Below, one piece after another: positions 40,696 to 53,281 of a stretch of DNA of 64,000 bases. The position numbers and the translations under genes were made by a program. Below the pieces are notes generated by a model. It did not search any database. It was not told the DNA's origin and was given only the letters and a program-made list of their open reading frames with translations. Where the stretch lies: positions 36,025 to 100,024 of the forward strand of contig CANJLW010000001.1 of NCBI GenBank assembly GCA_947475245.1, read 5' to 3'. Position 1 is the stretch's first letter. Every line of letters begins with the position of its first letter. The stretch is from Acetobacteraceae bacterium. GTDB lineage: Bacteria > Pseudomonadota > Alphaproteobacteria > Acetobacterales > Acetobacteraceae.

Positions 40696-42897
40696 ATGAC
40701 CGGCTGGCGGGCGGAGGCAACGGACGTCGCGGCGATCGTCGGGGCGTATCATGCCGATCCCTTCGCGGTTCTTGGACCGCATGGGCTGCCCGATGGGACA
40801 TGTGCGATCCGGGCCTTCGTGCCGGACGCCGATCGGCTGATCCTGCTTCGCGACGGCGACCTGCCGAAATTCGATTTTGTACGGCGGGAGGAGAGCGGCT
40901 TCTTTGAGCTCCTGCTCGATACGCCGAGCGGCTATCGGCTGCGCGCGGAGCGGGGTGGCGACGCGTGGGAGTTCCGCGATCCCTTCGCCTTTGGGCCAAT
41001 CCTGGGGGCGATGGACGAGCATTTGCTGCTCGAAGGCACGCATCGTCGGCTTTACGACCACCTGGGGGCGCACCCGCGCCGGCATCAAGGCGTGGATGGA
41101 GTCAATTTCGCGGTCTGGGCACCGAACGCGACGCGTGTTTCCGTTGTCGGCGATTTCAACCGCTGGGACGGGCGGCGTCATCCCATGCGCAAGCGCGTCG
41201 ATAGCGGCATCTGGGAGATTTTCCTGCCGGACCTGGGCGAAGGCCTTGTCTACAAGTACGAAATTCTCGCTCGCGACGGTCGGGTACTGCCGCTGAAAGC
41301 CGATCCGTTCGGCTTTGCCGCGGAGATGCGCCCGTCCACCGCGTCGGTCGTGGCGCGGACGGATCGGTTTCGGTTTGCCTCGGCTTCGCCGTCTGCCGCG
41401 GAGCCTCGGCGGGCACCGATGGCGACGTACGAAGTGCATTTGGGGTCATGGCGGCGCGGCGCGAACGGGCGTTACCTCAGCTACGACGAACTGGCCGATA
41501 CGTTGATCCCCTATGCCGCCGATCTGGGCTTTACCCATCTTGAACTGCTGCCGGTCAGTGAGCATCCGCTGGATGCGTCATGGGGTTATCAGCCGATCGG
41601 TCTGTTCGCGCCCAGCGCGCGGTTCGGCGATCCCGCGGGGTTCGCCCGCTTCGTCGATCGCGCGCATGCGGCAGGGTTGTCGGTTATTCTTGATTGGGTG
41701 CCCGCGCATTTTCCGACCGATCCGCACGGGCTCGCGGATTTCGACGGTGGGCCGCTTTACGAACACGCTGACCCTAAAAGAGGGTTTCACCCCGACTGGA
41801 ATACGGCGATCTACGATTACGGACGGCGCGAGGTCGCGAATTTTCTGATCGCGTCGGCCCTGTACTGGTTGGATCGGTTTCGGATCGATGGTCTTCGCGT
41901 CGATGCTGTCGCATCGATGTTGTATCTCGACTATTCCCGCGGCCCCGGCGGATGGACAGCGAATGCCGACGGGTCGAACGACAATCGCGATGCCGTCGCC
42001 TTTCTGAAGCAATTCAACCGGACTGTGTGCGATGCCTATCCCGGGGCCGTCGCGATCGCCGAGGAATCGACGGCCTGGCAGGGGGTGTCGCACCCGATCG
42101 AGGACGGCGGGCTCGGGTTTGGGTTCAAGTGGAATATGGGTTGGATGCACGACACGCTGGATTATATGGCGGCGGACCCGGTGCATCGCCGATGGCACCA
42201 CGACAAGATGACGTTCGGGATTGTCTACGCATTCTCCGAAAATTTTGTTTTGCCGTTGTCGCATGATGAAGTTGTGCACGGTAAGCGCACGATCCTGGGC
42301 CGCATGCCCGGCGACGCGGGGAGTCAGTTCGCCAATCTGCGCGCCTATTACGCATTCATGTGGGCGCAGCCCGGCAAAAAGCTGCTGTTCATGGGGCAGG
42401 AGTTCGGGCAGCGACGTGAGTGGAACGCCGATACGGAACTGGACTGGGACCTGTTGGATCAAGCTCCGCATCGCGGCGTGGCGTCGGTGATCCGAGATTT
42501 GAACCGATTGTATCGGACACAACCGGCCCTGCATGCGCGGGACTGCGAGGCGGACGGCTTTCGCTGGATCGTCGCGGACGATCGCGAACAATCCGTGTTT
42601 GCATGGTTGCGCCTCGCGCCAGGTTCGGCGCCTGTTGCCATTGTGGTGAACTTCACGCCCGTGCCTCGTACGGGGTATCGGATTGGCCTGCCTTCTGCCG
42701 GGCGCTGGCGAGAAATATTGAATACCGACAGCACCGATTACGGCGGTGGCGGTCGCGGCAATCTCGGGGGCATTGACGCCGATCCCGTACCCTCGCACGG
42801 CTTCCCGGCGTCGGCTGTCGTAACCGTGCCGCCGCTTGCCGCCGTTTATTTTGTCTACGAACCAACCAAGAACGCTCAAGCGCAGGAGCAGAACTGA
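40696..42897 (+). CDS. glgB: 1,4-alpha-glucan branching enzyme
   Basis: [55 protein letters not shown]. Confidence 0.96.
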   Translation: MTGWRAEATDVAAIVGAYHADPFAVLGPHGLPDGTCAIRAFVPDADRLILLRDGDLPKFDFVRREESGFFELLLDTPSGYRLRAERGGDAWEFRDPFAFGPILGAMDEHLLLEGTHRRLYDHLGAHPRRHQGVDGVNFAVWAPNATRVSVVGDFNRWDGRRHPMRKRVDSGIWEIFLPDLGEGLVYKYEILARDGRVLPLKADPFGFAAEMRPSTASVVARTDRFRFASASPSAAEPRRAPMATYEVHLGSWRRGANGRYLSYDELADTLIPYAADLGFTHLELLPVSEHPLDASWGYQPIGLFAPSARFGDPAGFARFVDRAHAAGLSVILDWVPAHFPTDPHGLADFDGGPLYEHADPKRGFHPDWNTAIYDYGRREVANFLIASALYWLDRFRIDGLRVDAVASMLYLDYSRGPGGWTANADGSNDNRDAVAFLKQFNRTVCDAYPGAVAIAEESTAWQGVSHPIEDGGLGFGFKWNMGWMHDTLDYMAADPVHRRWHHDKMTFGIVYAFSENFVLPLSHDEVVHGKRTILGRMPGDAGSQFANLRAYYAFMWAQPGKKLLFMGQEFGQRREWNADTELDWDLLDQAPHRGVASVIRDLNRLYRTQPALHARDCEADGFRWIVADDREQSVFAWLRLAPGSAPVAIVVNFTPVPRTGYRIGLPSAGRWREILNTDSTDYGGGGRGNLGGIDADPVPSHGFPASAVVTVPPLAAVYFVYEPTKNAQAQEQN

Positions 42898-44153
42898 TGC
42901 CGCCACCGATCACATCGCTCGCTCGTTCCACCATGGCGTACGTGCTGGCCGGCGGCCGCGGTTCCCGTTTGCTGGAATTGACCGACATTCGCGCAAAGCC
43001 CGCCGTCTATTTCGGGGGCAAAAGCCGGATCATCGATTTTGCTCTGTCCAACGCGGTGAACTCCGGCATTCGCCGCATCGGTGTCGCGACCCAGTACAAG
43101 GCGCACAGTCTGATCCGTCATCTTAATCGGGGATGGAACTTCTTTCGCCAGGAACGAAATGAAGGTTTCGACATCCTGCCGGCCTCACAGCGTTCGGGCG
43201 GCGAATGGTACGCCGGTACCGCGGACGCGGTCTACCAGAACATCGACATCATCGAAGATTACGCGCCCAGCCTGATCGTCATCCTGGCCGGAGATCACAT
43301 CTACAAGATGGACTACGGCCCCATGCTCGCCCAGCACGTGGATCAGGGCGCGGACGTGACGGTGGGCTGCATCGTGGTGCCGCGTCAGGAGGCAAGCGGC
43401 TTCGGCGTGATGGATGTCGACGCCAACGACCGCATTGTTTCCTTCGTCGAAAAGCCCGCCGATCCGCCGGGGATGCTCGATCGTCCCGACATGTCGCTGG
43501 CCTCGATGGGGATCTATGTCTTTTCCACCCGGTTCCTGATCGAACAATTGAAGCGCGATGCAGCCGACCCGACATCCAGCCGCGATTTCGGCAAGGATAT
43601 CATCCCGTATCTCGTCCGGAACGGTAAGGCCGTCGCCCATCCATTGGAACGCTCGTGCATCCGGTCGGGATACGAGAGCGAGGATTACTGGCGCGACGTC
43701 GGCACCGTCGATGCTTACTTCGATGCCAATATCGACCTGACCAGCACGCTGCCGGCACTCGATCTTTACGATCGCGACTGGCCGATCTGGACTTATGCCG
43801 AGATCACGCCCCCCGCGAAATTCGTGCACGATCTCGACGGCCGACGCGGAGAGGCCATAACCTCGTTGGTTTCCGGCGGCTGCATCGTTTCCGGTGGGAC
43901 GTTGCGCAACACGCTGTTGTTCACGAACGTCCACGTTCACTCCTTCGCGAAGATCGAAAGCGGCGTCATCCTCCCCAATGTCAGCATCGGTCGCGGTGCT
44001 CGGCTTTCCCGCGTGATCGTGGAAAAGGGCGTGCGTATTCCTCCGAACCTCGTTGTTGGAGAGGACCCGGTTGAGGACGCCCGTCGGTTCACGCGAACCG
44101 AAAAGGGCGTGTGCCTGATTACGCAGTCGATGCTGGATCGTTTGCCCGCGTGA
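42897..44153 (+). CDS. glgC: Glucose-1-phosphate adenylyltransferase
   Basis: [44 protein letters not shown]. Confidence 0.97.
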   Translation: MPPPITSLARSTMAYVLAGGRGSRLLELTDIRAKPAVYFGGKSRIIDFALSNAVNSGIRRIGVATQYKAHSLIRHLNRGWNFFRQERNEGFDILPASQRSGGEWYAGTADAVYQNIDIIEDYAPSLIVILAGDHIYKMDYGPMLAQHVDQGADVTVGCIVVPRQEASGFGVMDVDANDRIVSFVEKPADPPGMLDRPDMSLASMGIYVFSTRFLIEQLKRDAADPTSSRDFGKDIIPYLVRNGKAVAHPLERSCIRSGYESEDYWRDVGTVDAYFDANIDLTSTLPALDLYDRDWPIWTYAEITPPAKFVHDLDGRRGEAITSLVSGGCIVSGGTLRNTLLFTNVHVHSFAKIESGVILPNVSIGRGARLSRVIVEKGVRIPPNLVVGEDPVEDARRFTRTEKGVCLITQSMLDRLPA

Positions 44154-45598
44154 GCCAGGTTAACGTTCTGGCCGTCGCGTCGGAGGTTTTCCCGCTGATC
44201 AAGACCGGCGGGCTTGCCGACGTGACTGGCGCATTGCCGCTGGCGCTGGCCGCCGAAGGCGTGCGGTCGGTGACAATGGTGCCGGGCTATCCGACGGTGC
44301 TGGCGGCGCTGAAGGGCGCCGAAGTTGTTTGGCGGTTCCCCGATTTGTTCGGTGCGCCCGCTCGGCTTTTGCGCGGAAAGGCCTCTGGGCTTGAGGTTTT
44401 GGCCGTGGACGCGCCGCATCTGTTTGACCGTCCCGGCAATCCCTACGCAGGACCCGACGGACGTGACTGGCCCGACAATGCGCTGCGTTTTGCCGGATTG
44501 GCCCGTGCCGCGGCGGATGTCGCGCGGGGCTGCCTGCCGAGCTTCGTCCCAGAGATTGTGCATGCGCATGACTGGCAGGCGGGCCTGACGTCGGCGTTTT
44601 TACATTACGGTGGGGAACGGCGGCCCGGAACCGTCATGACCATCCATAACCTGGCCTTTCAGGGTTCGTTCCCGCGCGATGTTTTGGGGCCGATCGGATT
44701 GCCGCCGAACGCGTGGAGCATCGACGGCGTCGAGTTTCATGGCTCCGTCAGTTATCTCAAGGCCGGTCTGGCGCTTTCCGATCGCATCACCACGGTGTCG
44801 CCGACCTATGCCGCAGAGATTCGTTCGGCCGAAGGCGGCATGGGCTTCGACGGCCTGTTGCGGGCGCGATCCCGTGTGCTGTTTGGCATCCTGAACGGTA
44901 TCGACGACGGCATCTGGAACCCTGCGACCGATCCACTGATCGCCGCGAATTTCGACGCCCGGCGCATGGTTCGGCGGGGCATTAACAAACAGGCCGTGCA
45001 GGATCGTTTCGGTCTGGCGCGCTCCCCCGACGCGTTGTTGCTGGGCGTCGTCAGCCGGCTGAGCTGGCAGAAGGGGCTGGATTTGTTGCTGGACGCGTTG
45101 GGCCCGATCCTCGACCTTGGCGTGCAACTCGCGGTCATCGGCACGGGCGAACGCGCGTTGGAGGAGGGCTTCCGCGCGGCGGCCGAGGCGAACCGGGGAC
45201 GTGTCGGCTGTGTCATCGGCTATGACGAGGGGTTGGCGCATCAGTTGCAGGCAGGGGTGGACGCGCTGGTCGTGCCATCGCGGTTCGAACCGTGCGGCCT
45301 GACCCAGCTTTGCGCGTTACGCTACGGCGCAATACCCGTGGTGGCCCGCGTAGGTGGTCTGGCCGATACGATCGTCGACGCCAATGAAGCCGCGATCGGC
45401 ACAGGGGGCGGGACCGGCGTTCAGTTTGCCCCCGGCATGCTGATGTCGGGTATCGAACGGACGGTGGCCTTGTGGCGGCAACCCGAGGTTTGGAGCCGCC
45501 TGCGGCGCAATGCGATGCGCGGCGATGTGTCTTGGCGTCGCCCGGCGGCACATTACGCCGCCCTTTATCGCGAATTGATCGACGCCCGCGCGCGATGA
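44150..45598 (+). CDS. glgA: Glycogen synthase
   Basis: GTG start 44150; [37 protein letters not shown]. Confidence 0.96.
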   Translation: MSQVNVLAVASEVFPLIKTGGLADVTGALPLALAAEGVRSVTMVPGYPTVLAALKGAEVVWRFPDLFGAPARLLRGKASGLEVLAVDAPHLFDRPGNPYAGPDGRDWPDNALRFAGLARAAADVARGCLPSFVPEIVHAHDWQAGLTSAFLHYGGERRPGTVMTIHNLAFQGSFPRDVLGPIGLPPNAWSIDGVEFHGSVSYLKAGLALSDRITTVSPTYAAEIRSAEGGMGFDGLLRARSRVLFGILNGIDDGIWNPATDPLIAANFDARRMVRRGINKQAVQDRFGLARSPDALLLGVVSRLSWQKGLDLLLDALGPILDLGVQLAVIGTGERALEEGFRAAAEANRGRVGCVIGYDEGLAHQLQAGVDALVVPSRFEPCGLTQLCALRYGAIPVVARVGGLADTIVDANEAAIGTGGGTGVQFAPGMLMSGIERTVALWRQPEVWSRLRRNAMRGDVSWRRPAAHYAALYRELIDARAR

Positions 45599-48500
45599 AT
45601 GGTCTGATCGTTACCGATGGGCTGGCGGAGCCGCTGGGACCTTCGCTGACGCGAACCGGTCTGAACATCGCCGTTGTTTCCACCGGCGCGTCCGCGATCG
45701 CCGTTTCGGTCTATGACGCTGCCGACCGAGAGGTCGCGCGGGTGGCATTGCCGGGGCGGACGGGCGAAGTGTTTCACGGTCATATCGCCGAACTGGGGGC
45801 GGGAACGCGCTATGGTTTGCGTGCGTTCGGGCCTTGGGACCCGGCGCGCGGCCAAAAATTCAATCCCTCGAAACTGCTGGTCGATCCCTATGCGACGGCG
45901 TTGGACCGGCCGTTCCAGCTTCACCAGTCCCTTTTCGACCGAGACCGACCCGACCCGACCGACACCGCGCCGTGGGTGCCCAAAGCGGTGGTGGAAGCCG
46001 CCGCCGAACCGATGCAGGCCCGCGCCACATTTGATTGGCGCAATCAGGTCATTCAGGAACTGCACGTCCGCGGCTTTACCATGCGCCATCCCGCCATTCC
46101 CGCCGCCATTCGCGGTACATTCGCGGGGTTGGCGCATCCGGCCGCGGTCGAATATCTGAAAAGTCTTGGTATTACCGCGGTCGAGATCATGCCTGTCGCG
46201 GCCTGGGTGGACGAGCGTCATCTCCCGCCGCTCGGGTTGACCAACTACTGGGGATACAATCCCGTCAGCTTTCTTGCGCCTGATCCGCGCCTCGCGCCCG
46301 GCGGTTGGGCAGAGATCAGAGCCGCCGTCACGGCCCTGCGTTCGGCCGGCATCGCCGTTATCGTCGATGTCGTGCTGAACCATACCGGAGAGGGCGATGA
46401 ACTGGGACCGACGCTGTCGCTGCGGGGGCTGGACGATGCGCTTTACTATCGGCGGATCGATGGGCGCTATGTCAATGATACCGGCTGCGGTCATACCCTG
46501 GCGCTGGATCGCCCGCCGGTGTGGCGGTTGGCACTGGACACACTGCGTTGTTGGGCGGAGCGTGGCGGGGTTGACGGATTTCGGCTCGATCTCGCGACGA
46601 CGCTGGGGCGGCGCGATGACGGGTTCGATCCCGCGGCGCCGCTGCTGTCGGCGATGGGCGCCGATCCAGTTCTGTCCCGAATGGCAATCATTGCCGAACC
46701 CTGGGATATCGGACCGGGTGGGTATCAGTTAGGGGCTTTTCCGGCGGCCTGGGGCGAATGGAACGATCAATTCCGCGATACCGTCCGTCGGTTTTGGCGT
46801 GGGGACGGCGGCATGTTGGGCGACCTCGCGACCCGCTTCGCCGGATCGGCGGACATTTTTGCCGGGCGTCATCGACCGTTGGACCGAAGCATCAATTTCA
46901 TTACGGCGCATGATGGCTTCACGCTGATTGATCTCGTGTCCCACACGGCCAAGCGTAACATGGCGAATGGGGAGGATAACCGTGACGGCACGGACCGCAA
47001 CCTGAGTTGGAACAACGGTACCGAGGGACCCACGACCGATCCGGCAACCCTTGCTCGGCGTGCCGGCGATGTCAGCGCCTTGCTGGCAACGTTGCTGTTG
47101 GCGCGCGGCACGCCGATGTTGTCGATGGGGGATGAATGCGGACGAGGGCAGGGAGGTAACAACAACGCTTATGCGCAAGACAACGAAACCAGTTGGTTCG
47201 ATTGGGACGGGTTGGACGCCGACCTGTTGTCGTTCACCAGGCGATTGATCGCGTTGCGCCGAAGCAGCCCGTGTCTGTCCGATCCAAGGCCGCTCACGGG
47301 CGAGATTATCGGTGAAAGCGGGTTCGCGGATGTCGCCTGGCTACGTCTCGACGGCGCGAAGATGCGGGACGCGGACTGGCAGGATGCCGATCGTCGTACC
47401 CTGATTGCGATGTTGCACACAGCGGCCCCTACTGAAGAAACACTGATCGTGATGTTGCATGCCGGGACCGAACCGGCGTGCGCTGTGCTGCCCGACGCGC
47501 CGCCGGGGATGCGTTGGCACGTGGCGATCGACAGCGCGGACCCCGAGCGCGAAGGGGACGTGGACGATGCGGTCGCGCTATCCGCTCGTTCGGTCGTGTT
47601 GCTGCGCGCTCGCGCGGGACGGGCCAACCGATCCGGGGTCTCCGACGCCGAACTCGACCACTTGGCGACCGCCGCGGGGATTGCCCCGGTTTGGTGGGAT
47701 ATTTCAGGCCGCGAGCACCGGACGGGCAACGATACCAAACGGGCGTTGCTGCTATCGATGCGCCTGCCGGCGGAAACGCGCGACGATTGGCGCGATAGCC
47801 TGTGGCGTTTGCAAGCACCGCGTGCCTTGCCGACCTCGCTGACCGTTTCGGTCGACGAGCCGGTGACATTGCCGATCCGGCGCGGCGTCTGGGGTTCGTT
47901 GCTGACCGAGGATGGGGGAACGATCCGGATCCCGGTTGCCGAGGGATTGCTGACTTTGCCGCCTCTCGAGGTCGGGCGCCACAGGGTCATCCTGGATGAC
48001 GAACCGTCCACGACGTGCCATCTGATGGTCGCCCCTTCGTCTTGCTTTCTGCCGGAGGTTTTGGCGGCGGGCGGGCGTCGCTTCGGCATCGGCGCGCACC
48101 TGTATTCCTTACGCGGCACTTCCGATAAGGGCATCGGCGATTTCGCGACCTTGGCCGAACTGGGTGGTGTCGCAGGCCGAGCGGGCGCGGCGGTTGTGGG
48201 CTTGAATCCGATGCACGCGCTGTTTCCAGGCGATCGGTCGCGCGCCAGTCCGTATCATCCGTCGCATCGTATGTTCCTGGACCCGATTTATATCGATGTC
48301 GACGAGTTCCCGGCTGCCGAACCGACGCCATTCGCCGGTCTGTCCGCATTGAACATGGTCGATTACGACGCCGTCTGGAAAGCGAAGCTGCGGATTCTGG
48401 AAGCTGCCTTCGCCGCATCCGGCGGCGACGATCCCGATCTCGACAGGTTTATCGCGTCCGAAGGTGTCGCACTGCGTGACTTCGGTCGGTTCGAGGTTAT

Positions 48501-49644
48501 CGCGTCGGTCGTCGGTCATACCAACTGGCACGATTGGCCGGATGGGCTGCGAAGCCCGGATGCGTCCGATGTCGCCGGTTTCGCAGCGGACCATGCCCGT
48601 GCCATTCGGTTCATTTGCTATATGCAACTTCTGGCCGAACGGCAGCTTGGTCGAGCGGCCAGACAATCGCGGGAGGCGGGTTTATCGATCGGTCTGTATC
48701 GCGATCTCGCGATCGGATGTGCTCCGGACGGCGCGGAGGCATGGGCAAATCAGGATGTCATGCTGTCGGGCGTTTCTGTCGGCGCGCCGCCCGATCCGTT
48801 CTCCGCCACCGGGCAGGTATGGGGGCTGCCGCCATACGATCCGTTGGCGATGGCGCGGGACGGCTATCGCGTGTTCGCGGGGTTGCTCGCCGCGAATATG
48901 CGCCATGCCGGGGCGTTGCGGATCGACCACGTCATGGGGCTTCGCCGACTGTTTTTGGTGCCGAACGGCGCGACGGCGGCCGATGGTGCCTATCTCGACT
49001 ACCCTCTCCGCGACCTGATGGGTCAGTTGGCGCTGGAGAGTATGCGTGCCCGTTGCCTGATCGTCGGAGAGGACCTTGGGACCGTGCCGGACGGCATGCG
49101 GGAGGCACTGAACGCAGCGCGCGTGCTGTCCTATCGGGTTTTGTGGTTCGAGAAAGATGGTTCGGCGTTTCGGCCACCCGCGACCTGGCCCGCCCTGGCG
49201 GCGGCCTGCGTATCGACTCACGACCTGCCGACGTCGCGCGGTTGGTGGGAGGGCGCGGATATCGCCGAACAACAGGCGCTTGGTTTGTTGGAAGCGCCGG
49301 CTGCCGATAAGGCACGACAGGATCGGCTGGCGGATAAGGGGGCGCTGCTCGACTTTATGCGCGACGAAGGTGTCGCTGTCGGAACCACCGATCCGACATC
49401 GGCGGAAGCGCCGACCGTCGCCATGCATGCGCTGATGGCCTCGACCCCCTGCCTGCTGGCGTTGGCGCAGGCGGACGATCTGACCGGCGAGCAGCGTGCG
49501 GTCAACCTGCCCGGCACGGATCGGGAACGTCCAAACTGGCGGCGCCGTCTGGAGATCCCGGTGTCAGGTTTGTGCGACGGTCCCATCGCAACCCCAATTC
49601 TGACCGCCTTGCACGAGGGCGGGCGCGGCGCGGAGCTGGATTAA
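45595..49644 (+). CDS. glgX: Fusion of glycogen debranching enzyme GlgX and 4-alpha-glucanotransferase MalQ
   Basis: Single ORF from MNGLIV. GlgX part: [41 protein letters not shown]. MalQ part: [60 protein letters not shown]. Confidence 0.9.
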   Translation: MNGLIVTDGLAEPLGPSLTRTGLNIAVVSTGASAIAVSVYDAADREVARVALPGRTGEVFHGHIAELGAGTRYGLRAFGPWDPARGQKFNPSKLLVDPYATALDRPFQLHQSLFDRDRPDPTDTAPWVPKAVVEAAAEPMQARATFDWRNQVIQELHVRGFTMRHPAIPAAIRGTFAGLAHPAAVEYLKSLGITAVEIMPVAAWVDERHLPPLGLTNYWGYNPVSFLAPDPRLAPGGWAEIRAAVTALRSAGIAVIVDVVLNHTGEGDELGPTLSLRGLDDALYYRRIDGRYVNDTGCGHTLALDRPPVWRLALDTLRCWAERGGVDGFRLDLATTLGRRDDGFDPAAPLLSAMGADPVLSRMAIIAEPWDIGPGGYQLGAFPAAWGEWNDQFRDTVRRFWRGDGGMLGDLATRFAGSADIFAGRHRPLDRSINFITAHDGFTLIDLVSHTAKRNMANGEDNRDGTDRNLSWNNGTEGPTTDPATLARRAGDVSALLATLLLARGTPMLSMGDECGRGQGGNNNAYAQDNETSWFDWDGLDADLLSFTRRLIALRRSSPCLSDPRPLTGEIIGESGFADVAWLRLDGAKMRDADWQDADRRTLIAMLHTAAPTEETLIVMLHAGTEPACAVLPDAPPGMRWHVAIDSADPEREGDVDDAVALSARSVVLLRARAGRANRSGVSDAELDHLATAAGIAPVWWDISGREHRTGNDTKRALLLSMRLPAETRDDWRDSLWRLQAPRALPTSLTVSVDEPVTLPIRRGVWGSLLTEDGGTIRIPVAEGLLTLPPLEVGRHRVILDDEPSTTCHLMVAPSSCFLPEVLAAGGRRFGIGAHLYSLRGTSDKGIGDFATLAELGGVAGRAGAAVVGLNPMHALFPGDRSRASPYHPSHRMFLDPIYIDVDEFPAAEPTPFAGLSALNMVDYDAVWKAKLRILEAAFAASGGDDPDLDRFIASEGVALRDFGRFEVIASVVGHTNWHDWPDGLRSPDASDVAGFAADHARAIRFICYMQLLAERQLGRAARQSREAGLSIGLYRDLAIGCAPDGAEAWANQDVMLSGVSVGAPPDPFSATGQVWGLPPYDPLAMARDGYRVFAGLLAANMRHAGALRIDHVMGLRRLFLVPNGATAADGAYLDYPLRDLMGQLALESMRARCLIVGEDLGTVPDGMREALNAARVLSYRVLWFEKDGSAFRPPATWPALAAACVSTHDLPTSRGWWEGADIAEQQALGLLEAPAADKARQDRLADKGALLDFMRDEGVAVGTTDPTSAEAPTVAMHALMASTPCLLALAQADDLTGEQRAVNLPGTDRERPNWRRRLEIPVSGLCDGPIATPILTALHEGGRGAELD

Positions 49645-49727
49645 CCGGCGGCATAGGCGATTGCCGCGATATTGACGCGGCGCGGCGCGTGGTGGAGCTT
49701 GGTGCAGGGAGAAAACGGATAACCTGC

Positions 49728-50750
49728 ATGCGGGACGGACGCGACGGCGCGCCTTTGCTGACGGTCGAGAAGCTGTGCGTGCATTTCAACAACGGTCGCC
49801 AGGATGTGCAGGCGACGCGCGACATCGCGTTCTCTGTCCAGCCGGGTGAACGCGTTGGGATCGTCGGCGAAAGCGGTTGCGGCAAGACCGTTACCGGGCT
49901 GTCTCTGCTCGGCCTTTTGCCGCGTCACACCAGCCGGGTGACGGGAACCGCGCTGTTCGAGGGACAAAATCTGATCGGTTTGGCACCGGACAGGCTGCGC
50001 CAAATCCGCGGTCGAAAGATCGGCATGATCTTTCAGGAACCGATGAGCGCGCTCGATCCGGTTTTCACCATCGGCAGTCAGATCGGCGAAACCATTCGCA
50101 CCCATTTTGCGGTCGGCAAGAAAGAAGCGCGTCAGCGGGCGATCGCGGCGTTGGACAGCGTCGGTATCTCCAGCCCGGAGCGGGTGCATGACAGCTATCC
50201 GCATCAACTATCCGGCGGGATGCGCCAGCGCGCGATGATCGCGATCGCCCTGGTTTGCGAACCCAGGCTGCTTATTGCCGATGAGCCGACAACCGCGCTG
50301 GATGTCACCATTCAGGCGCAAATCATCGATCTGTTGATGAACCTGAGCACGCGTTCCGGCACCGCCTTGTTGTTCATTACCCACGACCTGGGGGTGATTG
50401 CCGAAACCTGCACGCGCATGATTACGATGTATGCGGGAGAGGTCGTGGAGGATGCGCCGGTCGATACGGCGCTTGTGCGGCCTTTGCATCCCTATACGTC
50501 CGGACTGTTGCGCTCCTTGCCGCGTCTGTCGGCACCGGGCACCAAGCTGCATTCCATTCCCGGGCGCGTGCCGTCGCCGCAGGCCATGCCGGATGGATGC
50601 CGGTTCGAGGAGAGATGCCCGCACGCGCTGCCCGATTGTCGGCGGCACCAGGTGCTGGATCAGGTCGGGCCGGATCGGCGGGTGCGCTGTTTCCGCCATG
50701 ACGCATTGACGCTGCCCGGCGCGCTGACGGAGCAGGAGGCTTTGGTATGA
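49728..50750 (+). CDS. Peptide/nickel ABC transporter ATP-binding protein (DppD/OppD-like)
   Basis: [30 protein letters not shown]-terminal Cys motif. Confidence 0.92.
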   Translation: MRDGRDGAPLLTVEKLCVHFNNGRQDVQATRDIAFSVQPGERVGIVGESGCGKTVTGLSLLGLLPRHTSRVTGTALFEGQNLIGLAPDRLRQIRGRKIGMIFQEPMSALDPVFTIGSQIGETIRTHFAVGKKEARQRAIAALDSVGISSPERVHDSYPHQLSGGMRQRAMIAIALVCEPRLLIADEPTTALDVTIQAQIIDLLMNLSTRSGTALLFITHDLGVIAETCTRMITMYAGEVVEDAPVDTALVRPLHPYTSGLLRSLPRLSAPGTKLHSIPGRVPSPQAMPDGCRFEERCPHALPDCRRHQVLDQVGPDRRVRCFRHDALTLPGALTEQEALV

Positions 50751-51721
50751 CCGCACCGATCCTTGCCGCGCGGGATTTGCGGATACGCTTCCCGACTCAG
50801 GATGGGCAGGAGACGGTTAAGGCCGTCGACGGCGTCAGCTTCGACGTCGAGGCGGGCGAGACTTTCGGGGTGATCGGTGAATCCGGTTCCGGCAAATCGA
50901 CCCTGGGCCGAGCGGCTGTGTGTTTGTTACGACCGACGAGTGGGGAGGTGCTGCATCGCGGCGGCAATCCGTATTTGTTGCCATCCAAGGCGTTGCGCCA
51001 ACAGCGGCGCGACTATCAGATCATTTTCCAGGACCCCAACGCGGCGTTGAACCCGCGGATGAGGATCGTTGATTCGATCCGAGAGCCGCTCGATATCCTC
51101 GGTGCCGGGTCGCGCGCGCAACGAACGGCGCAGGCCATGGCGATGCTGGAAATGGTCGGATTGAGGGCCGAGTTCGGCGCGCGTTATCCGCACGAACTGT
51201 CCGGGGGGCAGAAGCAGCGGGTCAACATCGCCCGCGTGCTGACCGTTCGTCCGAAACTGGTCGTGTGTGATGAGGTCGTTGCCGCGTTGGATGTGTCGAT
51301 CCGCGCGGACATCCTGAACCTGTTCGCCAGTCTGCAGGGCGAATTTGGTCTGACCTATCTGTTCATTACGCACGATATCGGCGTTGTCTCGCATGTCAGT
51401 TCGCGCATCGCGGTGATGTATCTGGGACGGTTCATGGAGCTTGGGCCGGCCGAAACGATCACGCATCGGCCGTTGCACCCCTATTCCGTGGCATTGCTGT
51501 CGGCCGAACCGACGCCGTTGCCGTCTGCGATGCGGACGGGAAAACGGATCGTGTTGCAGGGGGAAATTCCCAGCCCGACCGCTCCGCCGTCCGGTTGTCG
51601 GTTTCGCACGCGGTGTCCGGTCGCGCGGGACGCGTGCGCGGAAACCGAGCCCGAATGGCGGGAAGTCAGCACCGGGCACTTCATTGCGTGTCACTTCCCC
51701 GGATCATTGGCTGCTCACTGA
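50747..51721 (+). CDS. Peptide/nickel ABC transporter ATP-binding protein (DppF/OppF-like)
   Basis: GESGSGKST, LSGGQKQR, CDEVVAALD, GCRFRTRCP. Confidence 0.92.
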   Translation: MTAPILAARDLRIRFPTQDGQETVKAVDGVSFDVEAGETFGVIGESGSGKSTLGRAAVCLLRPTSGEVLHRGGNPYLLPSKALRQQRRDYQIIFQDPNAALNPRMRIVDSIREPLDILGAGSRAQRTAQAMAMLEMVGLRAEFGARYPHELSGGQKQRVNIARVLTVRPKLVVCDEVVAALDVSIRADILNLFASLQGEFGLTYLFITHDIGVVSHVSSRIAVMYLGRFMELGPAETITHRPLHPYSVALLSAEPTPLPSAMRTGKRIVLQGEIPSPTAPPSGCRFRTRCPVARDACAETEPEWREVSTGHFIACHFPGSLAAH

Positions 51722-51736
51722 ACAGGAACGCCCATC

Positions 51737-53275
51737 ATGCAATCGCCCTTCGAACTTGATCGTCGCGCCTTTCTGGCCATGTTGGCGGCTGCTGCTCCCG
51801 TGGGGAGTGCCTATGCGCAGGGTACGCCGCGCAAGGGTGGGATTTTGAAGGTTTCCGCGGCCTCCAACCCGTCCAGTCTGGACCCAACCACGGGCGGCGC
51901 CGGATCGGATCACATCTTTCTGTACACGATGTTCGATACGTTGGTCGCGTTCGACTACGCGACGTTGCAGCCGATACCGGGGCTTGCGGAAAGCTGGACG
52001 TACGACGACCCGCTGACTTTGACGCTGAACATTCGACCGGGCGTGGTGTTTCACGATGGCACGCCGTGCGATGCCGCGGCGGTGAAGGAGAATTTGGACC
52101 GCAACCGCTTCGACGAGCGATCCAACGTCAAGCCGGACCTTTCGACCGTGGCCGACGTCGCGGTGACCGGTCCCTTACAACTCGTGCTGAAGTTGAAGCA
52201 ACCGGATACCGCGTTGCCCCTCATCCTGTCGGATCGTGCCGGAATGATGTCGTCCCCCACCGCTTTCAAGGCGCTTGGGCGCGGGCACGATCGCGCTCCG
52301 GTCGGAGCCGGGCCATGGAAGTTCGTCAGTTGGGCGGATAACGAGCGGGTTATTGTCACGCGGCACGATCGCTACTGGCGTGCGGGGATGCCGTTTCTGG
52401 ACGGGGTGGAGTTTCAGGTGATCCCGGAGGTGAACACCGGCCTGCGCTCCGTCATCGCCGGGCAGAACGATTTCGTATACTTCCTGTCGCCGCAGCAGAA
52501 GCAGATCATAGATCGCGCCAAGAATCTGACCGCCGTGACCGGTCCCACGCTGTACTGCGTGCAGTTCTACATCAATACGGCGCGCGGCCCGATGGGCGAC
52601 GTACGGGTGCGCCAAGCATTGAACCATGCCGTGGACCGAGAGGAGTTCAATCGCGCCACGATGAACGGTCTGTCGGAACCGGCGACACTGACTTTGCCGT
52701 CGGCGCATTGGGCTTTCGACAAGCAGATGGCGCAGGCCTATCCGTATGATCCCGACAAGGCCCGTAAACTGCTGGCCGAGGCAGGTTTCAAGGACGGGTT
52801 GGACATTCAGGCGCTGGGCTACACGGATCAACGACACGTCCAACGTCAGGAAGTGTTGATCGAGCAGTATCGTAAAGTCGGCATCCGACTGAAATTCACC
52901 AACGGTACGATCCCGGAGATGACCAACGCGTTCTTCGTCGAGAAAAAGGGCGACATCTACCTGAGCGCCTGGACGGGGCGACCGGACCCGAGCCTGACCT
53001 ACCAACTGATGTTCGGCGCCGGATCGTTCTATAACGCGAGCCGAACAGAAGCGGTTCCGGAAATCGGACCGGCTCTGCTGGAAACGCGTCGCAGTCAGGA
53101 TTTGGCCGGGCGGCAAAAGGCGTTCGCCGCGCTGCAGAAAATCATTACCGAAAATGCTCTGGTCGTGCCGCTGGTGTTCCAGTTCGAGATGGATGCCCAC
53201 GGCCAGAAGGTCAAAGGCTATAAGCCGAACCTGCTGGGAAAGCCGAAGTTCGAAAACGTGTGGCTCGAAGGCTGA
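51737..53275 (+). CDS. ABC transporter substrate-binding protein, family 5, Tat signal
   Basis: DRRAFL twin-arginine signal; SLDP, PGLAESW, VGAGPWKF, VRQALNHAVDR. Confidence 0.9.
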   Translation: MQSPFELDRRAFLAMLAAAAPVGSAYAQGTPRKGGILKVSAASNPSSLDPTTGGAGSDHIFLYTMFDTLVAFDYATLQPIPGLAESWTYDDPLTLTLNIRPGVVFHDGTPCDAAAVKENLDRNRFDERSNVKPDLSTVADVAVTGPLQLVLKLKQPDTALPLILSDRAGMMSSPTAFKALGRGHDRAPVGAGPWKFVSWADNERVIVTRHDRYWRAGMPFLDGVEFQVIPEVNTGLRSVIAGQNDFVYFLSPQQKQIIDRAKNLTAVTGPTLYCVQFYINTARGPMGDVRVRQALNHAVDREEFNRATMNGLSEPATLTLPSAHWAFDKQMAQAYPYDPDKARKLLAEAGFKDGLDIQALGYTDQRHVQRQEVLIEQYRKVGIRLKFTNGTIPEMTNAFFVEKKGDIYLSAWTGRPDPSLTYQLMFGAGSFYNASRTEAVPEIGPALLETRRSQDLAGRQKAFAALQKIITENALVVPLVFQFEMDAHGQKVKGYKPNLLGKPKFENVWLEG

Positions 53276-53281
53276 TCGGGC

